This document shows, one piece after another, positions 60,238-64,000 of a stretch of DNA of 64,000 nt. The number at the start of each line of letters is the position of its first letter. Position 1 is the stretch's first letter. The position numbers and the translations under genes were made by a program. The DNA comes from Candidatus Spyradocola sp. (lineage in GTDB: Bacteria; Bacillota; Clostridia; Christensenellales; UBA1750): the NCBI GenBank assembly GCA_050942925.1, contig JBMNOF010000001.1, positions 2,823 to 66,822 on the forward strand, written 5' to 3'. The notes beneath the pieces are model-generated. The model ran no database searches. It saw only the letters and a program-made list of their open reading frames with translations, and was not told where the DNA came from.

Positions 60238-61341
60238 GTGGAATTCTTGTTCGGCAATCTACTGGACCTCACCTGGCAGCACGTGGTGATGTGGTGCATC
60301 GGCGGCCTGTTGATCTACCTTGCCATTGCCAAGGACATGGAGCCGACGCTGCTCCTGCCCATCGGATTTGGCACGCTCCTGGTCAATATTCCGAACGTCG
60401 ATTTGATTCAAGAGGGCGGCGCGCTGATGACCCTGTTTGACGCGGGCATCGCCAACGAGCTCTTCCCCTTGATTCTGTTCATCGGCATCGGTGCGATGAT
60501 CGACTTTGGCCCGCTGCTGACCAACCCGAAGCTGATGATGTTCGGCGCGGCGGCGCAGTTCGGCATCTTCTTCACGCTGTGCGCGGCGTCGATGTTCTTT
60601 GACATCAACGACGCGGCGTCCATCGCGGTCATCGGCGCGGCGGACGGCCCGACCTCCATCGTCGTGGCGCAGACGCTCGGCTCCAAGTACCTGGGGGCCA
60701 TCATGGTGGCGGCGTACTCCTACATGGCGCTGGTTCCGATTATCCAGCCGCCGATCATCCGCCTTCTGACCACCCGCAAGGAGCGGCTCATCCGCATGCC
60801 GTACGAGCAGAAGAACGTCTCCCGCGCGACGCGCATCCTGTTCCCGATCTGCATCACGGTCATCGCGGCGCTGGTTGCGCCGTCGGCTGCGAGCCTGATC
60901 GGCTTCCTGATGTTCGGCAACCTGATCCGCGAGTGCGGCGTGCTGAACTCCCTGTCGGAGACCGCGCAGAAGGTTCTGGCGAATCTGATCACGATTTTCC
61001 TGGGCCTGACCATTGCTTCGCGCATGCAGGCGGCGGAATTCCTCGCCCCGGACACCCTGTTGATCCTGGCCCTGGGCCTTGTTGCCTTCATCTTCGACAC
61101 GGCGGGCGGCGTGCTGTTTGCCAAGCTCATCAACCTCTTCCTGCCCAAGGACAAGAAGATCAACCCCATGATTGGCGCGGCGGGCATCTCGGCCTTCCCG
61201 ATGTCGGGGCGCATCGTGCACAAGATGGGCTTGAAGGAAGACCCGCAGAACTTCCTGCTGATGCACTCCATCGGCGTCAACGTCTCCGGCCAGATCGCCT
61301 CCGTCATCGCGGGCGGCCTGATTCTGACCTTCTTCGCGTAA
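60238..61341 (+). CDS. Na+-translocating decarboxylase beta-subunit homolog (OadB/MmdB/GcdB)
   Basis: EPTLLLPIGFG, GIGAMIDFGP, GAAAQFGIF, IGAADGPTSI, AAYSYMALVP, NPMIGAAGISAFP; GTG start after GGAG (alternative ATG at 60223). Confidence 0.9.
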   Translation: MEFLFGNLLDLTWQHVVMWCIGGLLIYLAIAKDMEPTLLLPIGFGTLLVNIPNVDLIQEGGALMTLFDAGIANELFPLILFIGIGAMIDFGPLLTNPKLMMFGAAAQFGIFFTLCAASMFFDINDAASIAVIGAADGPTSIVVAQTLGSKYLGAIMVAAYSYMALVPIIQPPIIRLLTTRKERLIRMPYEQKNVSRATRILFPICITVIAALVAPSAASLIGFLMFGNLIRECGVLNSLSETAQKVLANLITIFLGLTIASRMQAAEFLAPDTLLILALGLVAFIFDTAGGVLFAKLINLFLPKDKKINPMIGAAGISAFPMSGRIVHKMGLKEDPQNFLLMHSIGVNVSGQIASVIAGGLILTFFA

Positions 61342-61357
61342 AGGAGGAGAACGACTT

Positions 61358-61501
61358 ATGCAGTTCAACCCGGGCAATTTCATTTCCAGCCTGCGCTACA
61401 TGGGGCTGGGCTTGCTGGGCATTTTCGTGGTCATTGGCATCATCATCCTGGTGACCATGGCGCTCGGCCGCATCACGAACCGCAAAGCAGAAGAAAAATA
61501 A
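61358..61501 (+). CDS. OadG-like small membrane subunit (47 aa; absent from the ORF track)
   Basis: AAGGAGG RBS; MQFNPGNFISSLRYMGLGLLGIFVVIGIIILVTMALGRITNRKAEEK, single TM helix. Confidence 0.8.
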   Translation: MQFNPGNFISSLRYMGLGLLGIFVVIGIIILVTMALGRITNRKAEEK

Positions 61502-61568
61502 AGCGGTGAGTTTGGGGCGGCCACGCCGCCGCCCCCTCTCATAAAATCATATTGGGGGGAGTTTCACA

Positions 61569-63632
61569 ATGACCACGATGTACCTGATCTCGTTTTTTGC
61601 CGTGGTCATCGCGGTGGCCTTTGCGGCCTACCTTGCGATGTGGGTAAAGCGGCAAAATCTGGGCAACGCGCGGATTGAGCAAATCGGCAAGCTCATTCGC
61701 GACGGCGCAAACACCTTTATGCGCCGCGAGTACAAGCTGCTGGCCTGCTTTGCGGGCGTGGTAGCGGTGCTGATCCTCATCTTCCTGCCCCGTCCCTTCT
61801 GGAGCGAGGGCGCGAACTTCCTGGACAACGTCAAGATGGTCATCGCCTATGTGGCGGGCACGGTCATGTCGGCCATTACCGGCAAGCTGGGCGTGTACGT
61901 CGCAACCCTTGCCAACACCCGTGCGGCGCGCGCGGCCTCTGAGGGCATTAAGCCTGCGTTCCTGGTCGGCTTCCGCGGCGGCGCGGTCATGGGCCTGGGC
62001 GTGGTCAGCATGTGCCTGCTGGGCGTCATGCTCGTGCTGATGCTTACGGGCGACACCACGGCTCTGCTCGGCTTCTCCTTCGGCGCCAGCTCCCTTGCGC
62101 TGTTTGCCAAGGCGGGCGGCGGTATCTTCACCAAGACGGCGGACGTCAGCGCAGACTTGACCGGTAAGGTTGAGCTCGGCATTCCGGAAGACGATCCCCG
62201 CAACCCGGCGGTCATCGCGGACAACGTCGGCGATAACGTTGGCGACGTGGCCGGCATGGGCGCGGACCTGTTCGACTCCAACGTTGCGGCTATGGCGGCG
62301 GCGCTGGTTCTGGCGTATTCTCTGGACCAGGGTCTTGGTGTGTGCGCGCAGATGGTGTTCTGCTACGCGGCGCTGGGCCTGCTCTCCTCTGCCCTGGGCA
62401 TTGCCTTTGCCCGTATCGGCAAGAACGGCAACCCCACGAACGCGCTGAACGCCTCGACCTACGTCACCACCGGCATCTTCCTGGTGCTCACGGCTGTGGC
62501 TACTCTGATCTTCCCCGACTTCTCCTGGCGCGTGTGGGGCGCTTCCGCGATCGGCCTGGTCGTGGGCGTCGTCATCGGCCTTACCACCGACTACTTCACG
62601 GACGACACCCGTCCCATCGTGCAGCGCGTGGCGGCGGCTTCCAAGTCCGGTCCTGCCTTTACGATTCTCTCCGGCGTGGCCTACGGCTTCATCTCTGCGC
62701 TCCCGGCCATGATCGGCATTGCGATCTCCGCGCTTGTGGCGTATAAGCTCTGCGAGCCTCTGGGTGCCACTTACGCGCTCTACGGCATCTCCATGGCGGC
62801 GGTCGGCATGCTGTCCATCGTCGGCATGATCATCTCCAACGACGCCTATGGTCCCATCGTGGACAACGCCCGCGGCCTGGCCGAGATGGGCGACATGGGC
62901 GATGAGACGGTCCGCATCTGCGACGAGCTGGACAGCGCGGGCAACACCGTCAAGGCGGTCACCAAGGGCTTCTCCATCGGCGCGGCGGGCTTGACGGTCA
63001 TCTCGCTCCTTGGCGCCTACATCAGCGAAGTCAACGAGGCGGCTGGACAGGTCGTCATCGACGTGCTCAACATCATCGACCCGACGGTCTTCTTCGGAAT
63101 CCTGATCGGCGCGGCGATCCCGGCGGTGTTCTCCGCCATGCTGATCCTGGGCGTTGACCGCAACGCGCAGCGCATGGTTGCCGAAATCCATCGCCAGTTC
63201 CGCGAGATCCGCGGCCTGAAGGAAGGCAAGGCGGATGCGGACTACGACAAGTGCATCGACATCGCGACCCAGGGCGCGCTGCGCGAGCTGATCCCCGCGG
63301 GCCTGTTCGCGATCGTCGCCACGATCGTGGTTGGCATCATCGGCGGCGTCAGCGCGGTTGGCGGCTTCCTGCTGGGCAACATCGTCTCCGGCCTGCTGCT
63401 TGCGCTGTTCATGTCCAACTCCGGCGGACTGTGGGACAACTCCAAGAAGTACATTGAAGCCGGCGCCGAGGGCGGCAAGGGCTCCAATGCGCACAAGGCG
63501 GCTGTCGTGGGCGACACGGTCGGCGATCCCTTCAAGGATACGGCTGGCCCCTCCATCAACACGCAGATCACCGTCGTTTCCCTGGTCGCCTCTCTTCTGG
63601 CGACGCTGTTCCTCAACATCTCCATTTTCTAA
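61569..63632 (+). CDS. hppA: Membrane-bound ion-translocating pyrophosphatase
   Basis: GGGIFTK, GIPEDDPRN, DNVGDNVGD, GNTVKA, WDNSKK, GDTVGDPFKD. Confidence 0.93.
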   Translation: MTTMYLISFFAVVIAVAFAAYLAMWVKRQNLGNARIEQIGKLIRDGANTFMRREYKLLACFAGVVAVLILIFLPRPFWSEGANFLDNVKMVIAYVAGTVMSAITGKLGVYVATLANTRAARAASEGIKPAFLVGFRGGAVMGLGVVSMCLLGVMLVLMLTGDTTALLGFSFGASSLALFAKAGGGIFTKTADVSADLTGKVELGIPEDDPRNPAVIADNVGDNVGDVAGMGADLFDSNVAAMAAALVLAYSLDQGLGVCAQMVFCYAALGLLSSALGIAFARIGKNGNPTNALNASTYVTTGIFLVLTAVATLIFPDFSWRVWGASAIGLVVGVVIGLTTDYFTDDTRPIVQRVAAASKSGPAFTILSGVAYGFISALPAMIGIAISALVAYKLCEPLGATYALYGISMAAVGMLSIVGMIISNDAYGPIVDNARGLAEMGDMGDETVRICDELDSAGNTVKAVTKGFSIGAAGLTVISLLGAYISEVNEAAGQVVIDVLNIIDPTVFFGILIGAAIPAVFSAMLILGVDRNAQRMVAEIHRQFREIRGLKEGKADADYDKCIDIATQGALRELIPAGLFAIVATIVVGIIGGVSAVGGFLLGNIVSGLLLALFMSNSGGLWDNSKKYIEAGAEGGKGSNAHKAAVVGDTVGDPFKDTAGPSINTQITVVSLVASLLATLFLNISIF

Positions 63633-63646
63633 GACCAAGCGAAGAT

Positions 63647-63675
63647 TTGCACAATCGCGCGGAATGTGGCATAAT
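63647..63675 (+). promoter_or_regulatory. sigma-A promoter
   Basis: TTGCAC-17 bp-CATAAT with TG extension. Confidence 0.55.
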
Positions 63676-63722
63676 GCTCCTGGGGCCGGGGGGATCTTCC
63701 CCCCGGCGGAAGGGAGAGCACC

Positions 63723-64000
63723 ATGCGGCATTCCGCGCGATTTTGTTTGGGGCTGAAGAACTGGCTCATCACGGTGGGGCTTTTGCTCGCATCCGTGGCG
63801 CTTGGCCTGTTGTTCGACCTGTTTCAGCTCCAGGAGATCAACCTCTATACGCTGTTCATGCTGGGCACGCTGTTCACCGCCGCGCTGACGGCCAGCCGGG
63901 TATGCAGCGTGGTCTCGGCCCTGGCCGGCAGCCTCCTGTTTGAGCTTCTCTGTGCGCAGCCGCGATTTTCCCTGCAGGTGCTGTCCACGCTGCATCCCTT
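63723..64000 (+). CDS. KdpD-like (DUF4118) membrane sensor domain protein, partial
   Basis: GGAG RBS; MRHSARF...EINLYTLFMLGTLFTAALT...SLLFELLCAQPRFSL resembles the KdpD TM domain; runs off the window. Confidence 0.6.
   Translation, partial: MRHSARFCLGLKNWLITVGLLLASVALGLLFDLFQLQEINLYTLFMLGTLFTAALTASRVCSVVSALAGSLLFELLCAQPRFSLQVLSTLHP

Overview
High-GC chromosomal window from a probably spore-forming Firmicute of the Clostridia class. The taxonomy is inferred from PolC, TepA, NiaR, the Firmicutes S15 leader and gene order. About 1-35 kb is core genome, almost all on the minus strand: frr-uppS-cdsA-dxr-rseP-ispG-polC; rimP-nusA-ylxR-ylxQ-infB-rbfA-nrnA-truB-ribF-(inserted sulfatase)-rpsO-pnp-M16 peptidase-tepA; dusB; and M50-scpA-scpB-ftsK-rimO-pgsA-cinA. 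At 35-46.5 kb an accessory operon sits where pyrH normally lies. It encodes a dipeptide epimerase, three tandem cytoplasmic beta-lactamase/PBP-fold serine hydrolases and a complete Opp/Dpp-type importer, and is a candidate D-amino-acid-peptide catabolism system. Further right are a CE7 esterase, an SPFH/zinc-ribbon protein, ybaK, murA, GNAT/VOC genes, a nuclease-DinG helicase fusion, niaR, a B12 radical SAM enzyme, asnS, and an orphan decarboxylase beta/gamma pair with no alpha subunit directly upstream of a divergent membrane pyrophosphatase. Non-coding highlights are a 23-nt motif with a conserved closing helix at the 5' end of two unrelated transcripts (6.9 kb and 49.7 kb), a small poly-Leu ORF whose RBS can be sequestered by an arm lying inside a sigma-K-like promoter, a long pnp leader hairpin, and a perfect 40-bp palindrome. 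I saw no rRNA, tRNA, CRISPR array, transposase or prophage gene. All calls come from reading motifs by eye; no database search or folding program was run.
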